From contig JAPLDO010000045.1 of assembly GCA_026391715.1 (NCBI GenBank), forward strand, positions 7,189 through 71,188: 64,000 nucleotides of DNA, written 5' to 3'. The stretch is from Bacteroidota bacterium. Lineage in GTDB: Bacteria > Bacteroidota > Bacteroidia > Bacteroidales > FEN-979. This document shows positions 1 to 9,149 of the stretch, piece after piece; within the stretch, counting starts at the first letter, position 1, and every line of letters starts with the position of its first letter. The translations under genes were made by a program, and so were the position numbers. Under the pieces are notes generated by a model that saw only the letters and a list, made by a program, of their open reading frames with translations, did no database searches and was not told the origin of the DNA.

Positions 1-18
1 ATAATTAAAAGAACTTTT

Positions 19-912
19 ATGCGCGCTATATTCCCACTATTGTTATTTCTTTTGTTATTCAGATCCCTGCAAGCCCAGGATGACCTGATGAACCTCATTA
101 ACCAGGATGAAAAGCCCGGCATTGACTATACTTCTGCTACTTTTAAAACCACCAAAGTAGTTATAGGTCAGTCGTCGGAGAATCCGGCGCCTGGCGACCT
201 GCTCTTTCTAATCACTCATCATTTCGGCGCCATCAATTCCGGCTATGAGGAGCTTTTTGGTTTGAAACAGGCAACCATCCGGCTGGGAATTGAGTATGGA
301 GTTACAAAATGGCTTGGACTTGGAGCTGGCTTGAACACACTCCGGAATACATGGGACGGTTTCTTGAAGGTTAAAGCGCTCAGACAAAGTACAGGAGCAA
401 GGAGAATGCCGCTTACGCTGACTCTTTTTGCCGGAACTGCCATCTATACCACGAAATGGACCGATCCCGCGCGAAAGAATTACTTCTCCTCACGCATGTC
501 GTTTGCATTTCAGGCAATTGTGGCAAGGAAATTTGGCGAACGGTTTTCGTTCCAGTTGGCGCCAACGTTTATTCACATCAACCTTGTTCCCACCGCTTAC
601 GATCACAACAATATTTTCTCGCTCGGCGGCGGCGGTCGTTTCAAGATCAGCCCGCGCGTTTCAGTAAATGCTGAATATTATTACCTTTTTCCTAATCAGA
701 TTGTCTCGAAACCTGCATATAGCTCTTTCTCCACAGGTGTTGACATTGAAACCGGCGGGCATGTTTTCCAGATTTTTCTAACCAATTCGATGGGAGAAAA
801 CATGCAGAGCATTATCTCAGAAACTACCGGAAACTGGTTTGATGGAAATATCTTCCTCGGATTCAACATCTCCAGAGTATTTACTGTGATAAAGCCCAAA
901 CAATTCTGGTAA
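19..912 (+). CDS. Secreted beta-barrel protein, DUF5777-like (putative outer-membrane protein)
   Basis: 297-aa ORF with signal peptide MRAIFPLLLFLLLFRSLQAQ. It has an alternating beta-strand pattern and motifs ITHHFG and GHVFQIFLTNS, recalled from the DUF5777 beta-barrel family. No search run. Confidence 0.55.
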   Translation: MRAIFPLLLFLLLFRSLQAQDDLMNLINQDEKPGIDYTSATFKTTKVVIGQSSENPAPGDLLFLITHHFGAINSGYEELFGLKQATIRLGIEYGVTKWLGLGAGLNTLRNTWDGFLKVKALRQSTGARRMPLTLTLFAGTAIYTTKWTDPARKNYFSSRMSFAFQAIVARKFGERFSFQLAPTFIHINLVPTAYDHNNIFSLGGGGRFKISPRVSVNAEYYYLFPNQIVSKPAYSSFSTGVDIETGGHVFQIFLTNSMGENMQSIISETTGNWFDGNIFLGFNISRVFTVIKPKQFW

Positions 913-1014
913 AGATTTAGATTGACGTCTGAGAAATATTTGTCGCGGCAATGACGCTAAATCTTCAGAATGTCATCCGAAAGTACACTGAAAAAAATTA
1001 ACCTGGGTAATAGC

Positions 1015-3243
1015 CTATTTGCTGGTTAGGAAAAATCCTGTATAAATGAATTGGTAGGCGATTCCCAATTGGATCGTTAGAGGAACACTGCCGACATTGT
1101 AAGTTTGATAATAGTACTGATAAGAAGGCGAGTAAGTCGTATTTCTCGACATCCCTGTCTGTTTTCCGAATCCCTCATTCCAATTGCCTGAGGCGTTATG
1201 ATAATGGGCGTCGGAAACAATTTTACCGTTTGAAGCCCAACTTTCTCCCTCTTGAGTATGAACAAGTCCTGTTCCAATGTTAACCCAGAGGTCGTTGCCT
1301 CCGCTTCCAAATCCATTATAATATGCATTATATTTGCCCCATGCCTGTAGGTCTGCACCCACAAGGTTTGCAGGGTCGCTTGCAGCCTGCATGTTGAAAT
1401 CAACAAGGTCAAATGCAATATAGAAATATGGAGTGGTTATCATAGAACCATTCATTTGCAGCATCCCTAAAGTACTATTTGTGAAACCTACATTCATGGC
1501 ATCCGTTCCATGAGGATACAAATTACCATTTTTGTCGGATGTTAGGATATGTGGGGAATTAATGTCTCCTGACACTCCTATATTGCTGTTATATTGATAC
1601 ACGGCAAAATTGTCAGTATGCTGCCAGCCTGCCTGGTTAAAATCTGACATAAAAAGGTAACCCCATTGCCAGTTTGCCGAAAACCAACCGAACTGAAAAG
1701 TATTAGTGGCTGTTGCGCTTGTCGAAGTATTTGCCTCGGATGGGTTTGCCGGGTTGTAAAAGTAAGTTTGGACAAAGCCCTGAATGGGCGCCGTGTGTGC
1801 CCAGGGAGTATAAAAATTATTGTTGTCGCTAATCGTTGCCTGTATCTTGCCTGTGTGCCATGTCACACCATCAGATGTGCCCACGTTTCCTATTCTGTAA
1901 ACGTTCCAGGTATTGTCGGCTCCACATTTTGCAGGGTTTCCACTTGTCCAGTAGGTGTATGGTATTTGGCTCGTATATCTTGTTGCGGTTGTAGTCTTAG
2001 TAACCATATTTCCATAGTTGCTGAAATTAATGGAGATATCGTTTACAATCGGAGAATTGCCATTTGTGTAGTTCAATGGAGTAAGGACATAGCCGCACAT
2101 TACCGGGAATGGTAAGCCTAATCCTTCATATATCATATTGGCGACAAACTGTGACCTGGCAAGCGCATTTATAAAGACATTGTCCGGCGCAAGACCTGTG
2201 TTCCTGTAATTCATGTCGCTGTTAAACCTGTCCGTAGTGCGATAGTCTGATATATTGGCGACAAGATAATCCACCGCATATAAAAATGCGCTTACCTCAC
2301 TCTGTATTTTCGGGGCAAATTTGGTATTATAATCATTTGTGGCAGTTGCCCCGGTGGTATCAAGAACATTGTCAATATTCATGATCATTGTCTCGGCATT
2401 AGACTGATAATTAAGCAAATTGAGAAAATAACCTTCAAGTATCATGTAGTAATTCATTGCCATGGCGGAATCAATGATTGAGCCTTTTGCCTTAGCGCAA
2501 AGAGTTGAAGAAAATTGTGAAAGGATGCCAATGTTCCCACTTAAGTTTATCAGTCCGCTTATATTGGCAAGGTCTGTCCAAATTGTTTTGGAATTTTGTA
2601 ACGTTGCCCAGGTCTTTACGTTTGACTGAGCTTGTTGCATGGTCGCAATTGAATCAGGATTCTGCGGATTTCTTTCATAAGCTGCTGAAGCATTTTGGAA
2701 TGCCATAAAATTGGACCAGCTACCAGGAAAATCCATCCAGAAATTATTGATATCTTCCAGGGAGGGTTTGATATTTTCGTTCGATAACAAAGTCGTCATT
2801 AAATTAAGCTCGCCTAAAATGGCATTCCCATATTGGTTGACCTGTGTTGTCAAGCTGGCAATCTGGCTTGAAATATTATCTAATTCGTCGTCAATCTTTG
2901 CAAACTGATGTTCTGTGTGCTCATAAACATATACATCCCAAAGGCTTTTACCCAGGTTCTTTAGGGGATTGGGTATTTCAGGAACTTCTTCTCCAACGAG
3001 GCCGCGATGAACAAGGCGATTGGAATATGCGGGAAATCTCATGCCATGGGTTTTCTCATAATCAGTTACGAGATGCAGCGCACTCGGCACAAAAACATCT
3101 GGAACCACCGGTGAAGGCGGAACAGGCGGTGAAGGAGGCGCTGGTTCATCGTCTTTCTTTTTGCACGAAATGGCAACAATCACCATGAGCGCCATCAATA
3201 GGACAAACGGTGTAATTTTTTTAAGCAGCATTTTTGTTTTCAT
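1015..3243 (-). CDS. Large surface lipoprotein, paralog P1 of an uncharacterised family
   Basis: The ORF is open to 3348, but ATG at 3243 gives MKTKMLLKKITPFVLLMALMVIVAISCKKKDDEP (signal peptide plus lipobox Cys), followed by the Pro-rich linker PPSPPVPPSP. It is collinear with the ORFs at 6819-9044 and 14300-16570, sharing blocks GLAPDNVFINxLARxQ, YPVMCG, PWAH and FGxFSANWxWG. Confidence 0.8.
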   Translation of the reverse strand: MKTKMLLKKITPFVLLMALMVIVAISCKKKDDEPAPPSPPVPPSPVVPDVFVPSALHLVTDYEKTHGMRFPAYSNRLVHRGLVGEEVPEIPNPLKNLGKSLWDVYVYEHTEHQFAKIDDELDNISSQIASLTTQVNQYGNAILGELNLMTTLLSNENIKPSLEDINNFWMDFPGSWSNFMAFQNASAAYERNPQNPDSIATMQQAQSNVKTWATLQNSKTIWTDLANISGLINLSGNIGILSQFSSTLCAKAKGSIIDSAMAMNYYMILEGYFLNLLNYQSNAETMIMNIDNVLDTTGATATNDYNTKFAPKIQSEVSAFLYAVDYLVANISDYRTTDRFNSDMNYRNTGLAPDNVFINALARSQFVANMIYEGLGLPFPVMCGYVLTPLNYTNGNSPIVNDISINFSNYGNMVTKTTTATRYTSQIPYTYWTSGNPAKCGADNTWNVYRIGNVGTSDGVTWHTGKIQATISDNNNFYTPWAHTAPIQGFVQTYFYNPANPSEANTSTSATATNTFQFGWFSANWQWGYLFMSDFNQAGWQHTDNFAVYQYNSNIGVSGDINSPHILTSDKNGNLYPHGTDAMNVGFTNSTLGMLQMNGSMITTPYFYIAFDLVDFNMQAASDPANLVGADLQAWGKYNAYYNGFGSGGNDLWVNIGTGLVHTQEGESWASNGKIVSDAHYHNASGNWNEGFGKQTGMSRNTTYSPSYQYYYQTYNVGSVPLTIQLGIAYQFIYTGFFLTSK

Positions 3244-3324
3244 AAGAATAGGTTTTAGTGTCTTAATTTTGAAATTGATGTTTTTTTTGGCATAAATTAC
3301 AAAATGCAAATAACAAATAAAAAA

Positions 3325-3332
3325 CAAACATA
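3325..3332 (-). promoter_or_regulatory. Candidate Bacteroidota -7 box (TATGTTTG on the minus strand) upstream of P1
   Basis: Plus-strand caaacata is the reverse complement of TAnnTTTG. It lies 82 nt upstream of ATG 3243 and inside the rejected long-ORF extension. Confidence 0.35.
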
Positions 3333-3475
3333 AATCACTAAATTTCAAACAGGAAGAATAGACTTTATCGGTCTTGTCTTTGAATTTTGAACTTTTAAAA
3401 TTTTCGAATTTATTTGTGTTTTGTTTATTGTTCTTTGTCTTTTCTGGTTTATCCAGGTTAGGTTTAAATTTATGG

Positions 3476-4735
3476 CTATTTGCCGGAGAAACGGTCGGCT
3501 ATCCAGCGCATGAAATCGGGCTGGCTTGCGCCAGGAACCCTCAGATGATCAACCCCGGGATAATGCTTGTAGGTAATTTTAATTCCTGAAGCCTGGGCTT
3601 GCTTTACATACGCTTCGGTTGCAGCCGGGAAAATTGTGGGATCGTCATCGCCCTGGTAAACTGCTATCGGAACTTTTGAAGGAATAGTTCCAAGCGCCAT
3701 CTCTTCAACACGTTTCATCCATTTATCATGGTTCTGCGGGTCGGGTCTTGTTGCGGTCCCTTTCCATCCCTGAAGGTAGGCAAGCGCCTGTCCCATCTGT
3801 TTGCTGCTTTGCCGCTTGCTCGATTCCTTAATGAAATCTATTCCAAGGGGAGTAAGCACATCTGAAAGCTGAAGTTCGGGAAAGGTTCCCGCCATGGCGA
3901 ACTGAGCCATAAGGGTTTCAGAGGTGGTCATCGGTGGCAAGGTCTTGCCTGAAGCAAGAACCTGTGCCTCAATTTTACTTTGCTCCAGGGCATTTACGGG
4001 CGCCATCGCAACCACGCCCACAAGAGTGGCAGAATCGGTAAGATATTCGGCAATTTGACCGGCCCATACCGCCGCCTGACCTCCTTGCGACCAGCCTGTG
4101 ATTACAGCCTGTTTGCCTGCTCCCGCTTCGGGGAGCTGACGGACGGCAAGTATCGCGTCAAGAGTGTTGCGCGCTGCCGTCGGACCGATGAGGTACTGGT
4201 GAAATCCAGGGACTCCCTGTCCCTGGTAATCGGTGGCAACAACCACGTAACCGGCTGCAATCATCTCGGTAAGTCCGGGTATTCCCGCATCAATGCGGTC
4301 GGGACTGTCGGGGAAAAAGTAGAAGGAGGCGTCTTTAGCCGGATTATCAACCATCGAGGGAGCGCAGCCTCGGTTTATACCGGTAGTGCCGTGGGCGTAA
4401 CTCACAATGGGTCGTCCTTCTGCCTGCGCTTTTCCAGTCGGCGCCACGACAATGCCGGTCACAGGACAATCCACGTTGTGGATATCGGTGGAGCGGTAAA
4501 GAATTTTCCATGCCTTTGCTCCCGCGACATCAGTAGAAATCTCAGTTGCCCAAATCAGGTCGCCGTGCTTTCCGGCAGACATCGGATCGGGAGGATCATA
4601 AATGCTGCGTCCGGCGGGTAACTGATACGATAATTCCTTTTTGCTGTCATGAACAATATTGCATGCGACAATGAGCGCCAACGCCGGCAGCATGGGCGCC
4701 AGCACAATTTTTCGGAGAAGGTTTTTTGTTTTCAT
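3476..4735 (-). CDS. Secretory lipase (LIP family alpha/beta hydrolase), lipoprotein
   Basis: 419 aa. Signal/lipobox MKTKNLLRKIVLAPMLPALALIVAC and nucleophile elbow ITGWSQGGQAA. Overall resemblance to secreted LIP-type lipases (YRSTD..., TDYQG). Confidence 0.7.
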   Translation of the reverse strand: MKTKNLLRKIVLAPMLPALALIVACNIVHDSKKELSYQLPAGRSIYDPPDPMSAGKHGDLIWATEISTDVAGAKAWKILYRSTDIHNVDCPVTGIVVAPTGKAQAEGRPIVSYAHGTTGINRGCAPSMVDNPAKDASFYFFPDSPDRIDAGIPGLTEMIAAGYVVVATDYQGQGVPGFHQYLIGPTAARNTLDAILAVRQLPEAGAGKQAVITGWSQGGQAAVWAGQIAEYLTDSATLVGVVAMAPVNALEQSKIEAQVLASGKTLPPMTTSETLMAQFAMAGTFPELQLSDVLTPLGIDFIKESSKRQSSKQMGQALAYLQGWKGTATRPDPQNHDKWMKRVEEMALGTIPSKVPIAVYQGDDDPTIFPAATEAYVKQAQASGIKITYKHYPGVDHLRVPGASQPDFMRWIADRFSGK

Positions 4736-4740
4736 GGGAC

Positions 4741-4766
4741 TTAAGGTAAAGGTTAAAGGCTAAAGG
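4741..4766. repeat. Degenerate 7-bp tandem repeat (nTAAAGG x3-4) filling the gap between the small-protein stop codon and the lipase start codon
   Basis: TAAAGG recurs at 4747, 4754 and 4761 (period 7). On the sense (minus) strand the leader is G-poor: CCTTTAGCCTTTAACCTTTACCTTAA. Confidence 0.7.
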
Positions 4767-5067
4767 TTTCAAATTTGTCATTTTTTTGCAGTTCATCAAT
4801 GAATTTCCGGTAAACACTCACTTCGAGTTTTGCTTGTTCGACAAAACGGGTCAACGTTCGCGTAATATCCTCCAGCCCGCCTTCAGTATTGATGGATGAA
4901 GGTTCATCATCCCCGGTGCAAGAGATATTGTTTTTATCCCTGTCGGGCAGTGGGGAGGATTCCCTCAGGTGCCTAATCTGGAAGCTGAAGTCTTTCAAAT
5001 CGCGGTCACAGTGTGCAAAGGCGCTTATAAGCGCCCAGGTTGGCTGTGCTGATTTGTGAATTTGCAT
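4753..5067 (-). CDS. Small conserved hypothetical protein (paralog of 16604-16831)
   Basis: The C-terminal ~60 aa (SSPLPDRDK...DITRTLTRFVEQAKLEVSVYRKFIDELQK) align with the 75-aa ORF at 16604-16831. The start is uncertain: the ORF is open to 5130, and M22 at 5067 is chosen only as the last ATG before the homologous part. Confidence 0.5.
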   Translation of the reverse strand: MQIHKSAQPTWALISAFAHCDRDLKDFSFQIRHLRESSPLPDRDKNNISCTGDDEPSSINTEGGLEDITRTLTRFVEQAKLEVSVYRKFIDELQKNDKFETFSL

Positions 5068-5161
5068 GAAGGGTTGCAAAAAAGTAAAACAGTGCATAAA
5101 AATAATATCAGAAAAATTGATCAGGGTCAAAAAAAAGATGACGATAAAATACGGAGAAGTA

Positions 5162-6520
5162 TCATGTTTCAGTTTCAGCGATCAGGAGCCTTTTAATATA
5201 CATGGGGGCTTTTCCTGTCAAATAAAATGGCAAATTCAGCAGGGTGAATTCTTTCCCTTTCAATGTTTTTGTTGTTTCAATTTTTAACTCGCCTGAATAT
5301 ATCCGAACCGCGAAATTATGAGGGCATAGGTCAATAAACTCCATTAAGGAACGCAACCGGCCTGTTTTGCCTAATTTTACTTCAACGGGTATCAGCAGAT
5401 TATCTATTTGCAAAACATAATCAACTTCCGCATTTGATTGTTTTTTCTCTTTAATCCAAAAATAATTTTTGGCTGAAACATTCGATTTCAGCGACAAAAG
5501 TTCCTGTCCAACAATGTGTTCTGCGATTTTTCCTTCAAAAACTGTATCTATAAGATCGTTGTTTAAGATCATCAATTGCATTCCGGCAAAATAATTGAGT
5601 ATTCCGGTGTCCAGAATATGCAATTTGGGCGATTTTCTTATATTTTCAATAAGCGGAAGTTTTGTGTTTGTAGTTGGAAAAACCAGGGATAAAAGATAAG
5701 TTTTCTCTAAAGTTCTGAAGCCCTCCCCAATATCTTTTGATTTGTAATTGGATGAGGCAAATCCCTCAAATTTTATTCGCTCGCCGGCCATTTTTATAGC
5801 ATTGTGAATAATGTGCCTGATGATCTTACGATGATTATCGTTTTTTGCATATTTTTCCACGTCATCGGAATAGGCAGTTATCAGGTTCTCAAATATACGA
5901 CCTACTGCAACTAAATCTTTATGTTCAATATAATGTTTTACCACCTCGGGCATTCCGCCAATTAAACAATATTCAGCAAATAAAGCCAACAATTTTTTGT
6001 GACCATATTCCGGGAAGGGAAAGTTGTTGTAAATGGTTAATGCTTCATTTTCCTGAAGCGCTGTTAAATATTCCCCGAAACTGAATGGCCGCAAAATCAG
6101 GTATTCAACCCGGCCTACCGGAAAGCTGATTTGATTGTCAAGAATACTTTCCAGCAGTGAGCCGGCAGCAATGACATACAAATGATTTGCTTGTTCGTAA
6201 AAATAGCGGAGCAATTTTATAGCTTCGGGTGAATTTTGAATTTCATCTATAAAGATCAACACTTTGGCATCGGGGGCTGGCGAAATGTTTGCTTTTAAAT
6301 ATAGAATCTGAATGATGGTTGCAATATTATCGTTCTTTTCAAATATTTGTCTGTCAATACTTTTATCGAGATTAAGATGAACAAAATAATCAAAGCCGAC
6401 AGCAAACATTTCTACCAGCGTAGTTTTACCTACCTGCCGCGCTCCTCTGAGGATAAGTGGTTTTCTGGAAACGCTGGATTTCCACCGGACCAATTCATCG
6501 GTTAGTATTCTTTTAAACAT
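5162..6520 (-). CDS. AAA-family ATPase with C-terminal DUF4143-like domain
   Basis: 452 aa. Walker A GARQVGKTTL, Walker B-like LIFIDEIQ, and a C-terminal region typical of the AAA+DUF4143 proteins common in Bacteroidota. Confidence 0.8.
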   Translation of the reverse strand: MFKRILTDELVRWKSSVSRKPLILRGARQVGKTTLVEMFAVGFDYFVHLNLDKSIDRQIFEKNDNIATIIQILYLKANISPAPDAKVLIFIDEIQNSPEAIKLLRYFYEQANHLYVIAAGSLLESILDNQISFPVGRVEYLILRPFSFGEYLTALQENEALTIYNNFPFPEYGHKKLLALFAEYCLIGGMPEVVKHYIEHKDLVAVGRIFENLITAYSDDVEKYAKNDNHRKIIRHIIHNAIKMAGERIKFEGFASSNYKSKDIGEGFRTLEKTYLLSLVFPTTNTKLPLIENIRKSPKLHILDTGILNYFAGMQLMILNNDLIDTVFEGKIAEHIVGQELLSLKSNVSAKNYFWIKEKKQSNAEVDYVLQIDNLLIPVEVKLGKTGRLRSLMEFIDLCPHNFAVRIYSGELKIETTKTLKGKEFTLLNLPFYLTGKAPMYIKRLLIAETET

Positions 6521-6686
6521 TTCACAAAGTAAGCCATATATTTTAATATATCCAACACAAAGTAACCCATAAACATTATTTGACTTCGCCGAATGACATC
6601 ATTTCATCTTTTTTTGTCTGATCGGAAAAAGTCCCTTGCCTGAAAATATGGCAAGAGACCTGGCGAACCAAAATATTATAATGAAT

Positions 6687-6762
6687 GAGCCCACTCCGAA
6701 AAGGAAACAATCTGGGCTTTAGCCAAATTTTTATTTTTATAACCATTTTTCGGAGTGGACTC
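6687..6762. repeat. MITE-like palindromic intergenic element, copy 1
   Basis: The termini gagcccactccgaaaa ... ttttcggagtggactc are inverted repeats. A second, longer copy lies at 46671-46823 and shares both arms and the internal gggctttagccaaatttt block. Confidence 0.7.
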
Positions 6763-6818
6763 AAACCTGGAATTTGGAATTAGCGTACACTGAAAAAAAA
6801 TTAACAATGGGTATTAAG

Positions 6819-9044
6819 CTATTTGCTGGTAAGGAAAAATCCTGTATAAATAAACTGAAATGCGACGCCCATCTGAATAGTAGCTGACGGACTACTAATG
6901 TTATGAGTTTGATAAACATACTGAAATGAAGGAGAATAATTGGTGTTCCGTTTTATTCCCGTTTCAACGCCCATTCCATATAACCAGTTGTTCACTAAAT
7001 TGTTATAATGGTCGCTGTCTCTGAGCTTTCCATCCGAAGACCAGGTTCCATTGTTATAAATTTGATAAATATTGGTTCCCATGGTCACCCAGAGATCACT
7101 TCCTCCGCTTCCGGCAAAATTGTACATTGCGTTGTACGAACCCCAAGCCTGCAAATCTGAACCAACAAGGTTTCCCGGATCGCTTATTGCCTGCATATTA
7201 TAATAAATCAAGTCATAAGCAATATAATAATAGTCGGTGGCGACTGCATATCCGTACATCTCCATCATGCCGCAGCAATTAGTCGGGTATTCGAACGTCA
7301 CATCTGCAGTGCCATGAGGATACAGCTCATCATTTTTATCGGTTGTTGAAACCTGTGGAGATGGTACCTTTTTTCCTGAAAATCCAACCGTATTATAAAG
7401 ATTGCAGGTGAAATTATCGGTATGTTGCCAGCCTTCCTGATTGAAATTTGACATGTAAAGATAACCCCATTGCCAGTTTACCGAAAAGTAACCAAATTGC
7501 ATGGTGTTTGACTGCGTACTTGATGTGGTTGGAGTTTGGTCAGGATCTGCTGGATTATAAAACATCGTTTGCACGTAACCCTGGATGGGCGCCCAGTGCG
7601 CCCAGGGGGAATACATGTTGCCATTATCGGGAATAGTGACCTGGATTTGACCTGTATGCCAGCCGCCATCAGCCGTGCCCAGAGTTCCACAACGGAAGGC
7701 AGTCCAATTATTGTCGGCTCCACATCTTGCGGAGCTGCCGGCGCTCCAATAGGTGTATGGGATCTGACTTGCAATCGGAGTTGCACTTACCGACCTTGTA
7801 ACGGTTTGTCCGTAGTTACTGAAACTCAGGTTGAACTGCGTCATAACAGGTGAGTTCCCGTTAGAATAATTATAAGGGGTAAGAATATAGCCGCACATAA
7901 CAGGGTAGCCTAATCCCAATCCATCATAAATCATGTTAGCTAATAACTGCGCCCTTGCAAGTACATGGATAAAAACATTGTCAGGCGCTAATCCTGCATT
8001 TCTGTATCCCATGTCATAAGTAAACCTTGCGGAAGTCCGGTAATCGGATATATTTGTGACAAGATAATCAACCGCATATAAAAATGCGTCCACTTCCCCT
8101 TGAATAACAGGTGCAAATTTGGTATTATAGTCCGTTTTTGCAGTTGCGCCGGTAGTGTCGAGATAATTATCAATATTGATAATCATTGTCTCTGCATTTG
8201 ATTGATATTGAAGAATGTTAATAAAATATCCTTCCAACATTTTATAGTACTGCATTGCCTGCGAAGAATCAAGCACTTTTCCTTTTGCCTTGGTTGCCAG
8301 GGTTTGTGCAAATTGAGAAAATATTCCCGTATTCCCGCTCAAATTGATAAGGCCGGCAACGTTTGAAAGGTCGCCCCATACTTGTTTTGATGTGGCATTT
8401 GTAGCAAACTGGGCGATATTTGCAGATGCTGCAGTCATCAATTTTATGGAATCGGCATTTTGCGGATTCCTTTCATACGACGCGGATGCGGCAACAAAAT
8501 CCATATAAGATGTCCATGCGCCTGGATTAGCAAACCACATATTGTTGATGTCGGTTAAATATGGCTTAATGTTTTCAGCGGTTAACAAGGTTGTCATAAA
8601 TTCAACCTCGCCTAATATTGCATTGCCATACTGGTTTACTTCTGTGGTTAGCAGCGCAATCTGATTTGAAATATTACCCAATTCTTCATCAATTTTTGCG
8701 AACTCATGCTCAGTGTGTTCGTAATCATAAATTTCCCAAAGGTTTTTACCCAATTTTTTTAATGGGTTAGGGATTTCCGGTACATCTTCTCCTACAAGGC
8801 CGCGATTGATAAGCCGGTAAGCGTAGCCCGGAAATCTCATTCCGTTGGCCTTTTCATAAGCTGTCATGAAATGAAGAGTTCTGGGAACAAATGCATTCGG
8901 AGTTGCGGGCGGCGACGGTGGAACAGGCGGCGAGGGAGGTATTGGCTCGTCGTCCTTTTTCTTGCACGACATCACCACGACGATCATCAGCGACAGCAGC
9001 AAGCCCGCCGACAAAATTTTTCTGAGGAGGTTTTTTGTTTTCAT
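6819..9044 (-). CDS. Large surface lipoprotein, paralog P2
   Basis: 741 aa. MKTKNLLRKILSAGLLLSLMIVVVMSCKKKDDEP plus PPSPPVPPSPP linker. Collinear with P1 along the whole length and ends with the same QFIYTGFFLTSK. Confidence 0.85.
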   Translation of the reverse strand: MKTKNLLRKILSAGLLLSLMIVVVMSCKKKDDEPIPPSPPVPPSPPATPNAFVPRTLHFMTAYEKANGMRFPGYAYRLINRGLVGEDVPEIPNPLKKLGKNLWEIYDYEHTEHEFAKIDEELGNISNQIALLTTEVNQYGNAILGEVEFMTTLLTAENIKPYLTDINNMWFANPGAWTSYMDFVAASASYERNPQNADSIKLMTAASANIAQFATNATSKQVWGDLSNVAGLINLSGNTGIFSQFAQTLATKAKGKVLDSSQAMQYYKMLEGYFINILQYQSNAETMIINIDNYLDTTGATAKTDYNTKFAPVIQGEVDAFLYAVDYLVTNISDYRTSARFTYDMGYRNAGLAPDNVFIHVLARAQLLANMIYDGLGLGYPVMCGYILTPYNYSNGNSPVMTQFNLSFSNYGQTVTRSVSATPIASQIPYTYWSAGSSARCGADNNWTAFRCGTLGTADGGWHTGQIQVTIPDNGNMYSPWAHWAPIQGYVQTMFYNPADPDQTPTTSSTQSNTMQFGYFSVNWQWGYLYMSNFNQEGWQHTDNFTCNLYNTVGFSGKKVPSPQVSTTDKNDELYPHGTADVTFEYPTNCCGMMEMYGYAVATDYYYIAYDLIYYNMQAISDPGNLVGSDLQAWGSYNAMYNFAGSGGSDLWVTMGTNIYQIYNNGTWSSDGKLRDSDHYNNLVNNWLYGMGVETGIKRNTNYSPSFQYVYQTHNISSPSATIQMGVAFQFIYTGFFLTSK

Positions 9045-9053
9045 AGGAATTTG

Positions 9054-9089
9054 GTTTAAGGGTTAAAGGTTTATGTTTAAGGTTCAAAG
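9054..9089. repeat. Degenerate 7-8-bp tandem repeat immediately upstream of the P2 start codon
   Basis: gtttaagg gttaaagg tttatg tttaagg ttcaaag. The sense-strand leader is G-poor. Confidence 0.6.
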
Positions 9090-9149
9090 TTCTTTCATTA
9101 TTTTTTAAAGCCAAGTGATGTCGACAAAAAGTTACATCTCAGATTTTAT

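Noticed and set aside
1015-3243. Assignment of the P1/P2/P3 family to three-domain Cry-type delta-endotoxins or to SusD-like proteins.
   Set aside because: The helical-then-beta layout is only a superficial resemblance. I find none of the conserved Cry blocks, no TPR-like SusD pattern and no adjacent SusC gene. The family is left unassigned.
3244-3348. Longer N-terminal extensions offered by the ORF track: P1 from 3348, regulator from 18779, prs from 27933, gadC from 43306, wza from 48328, BNR protein from 54988, sialidase-like protein from 58160, antitoxin from 60927.
   Set aside because: In each case an internal start gives a proper signal peptide or a family-typical N-terminus. The extension is AT-rich or repeat-derived, and for several genes a TAnnTTTG box lies inside the extension.
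8880-8960. GC-rich stretches near the 5' ends of P1, P2 and P3 (for example 3100-3140, 8900-8945, 16425-16480) as further copies of the GC-rich repeat element.
   Set aside because: They encode the PPSPPVPPSP lipoprotein tether in frame and lack the CCCCTCCCC-AAAAA-GGGAGGGG hairpin core.
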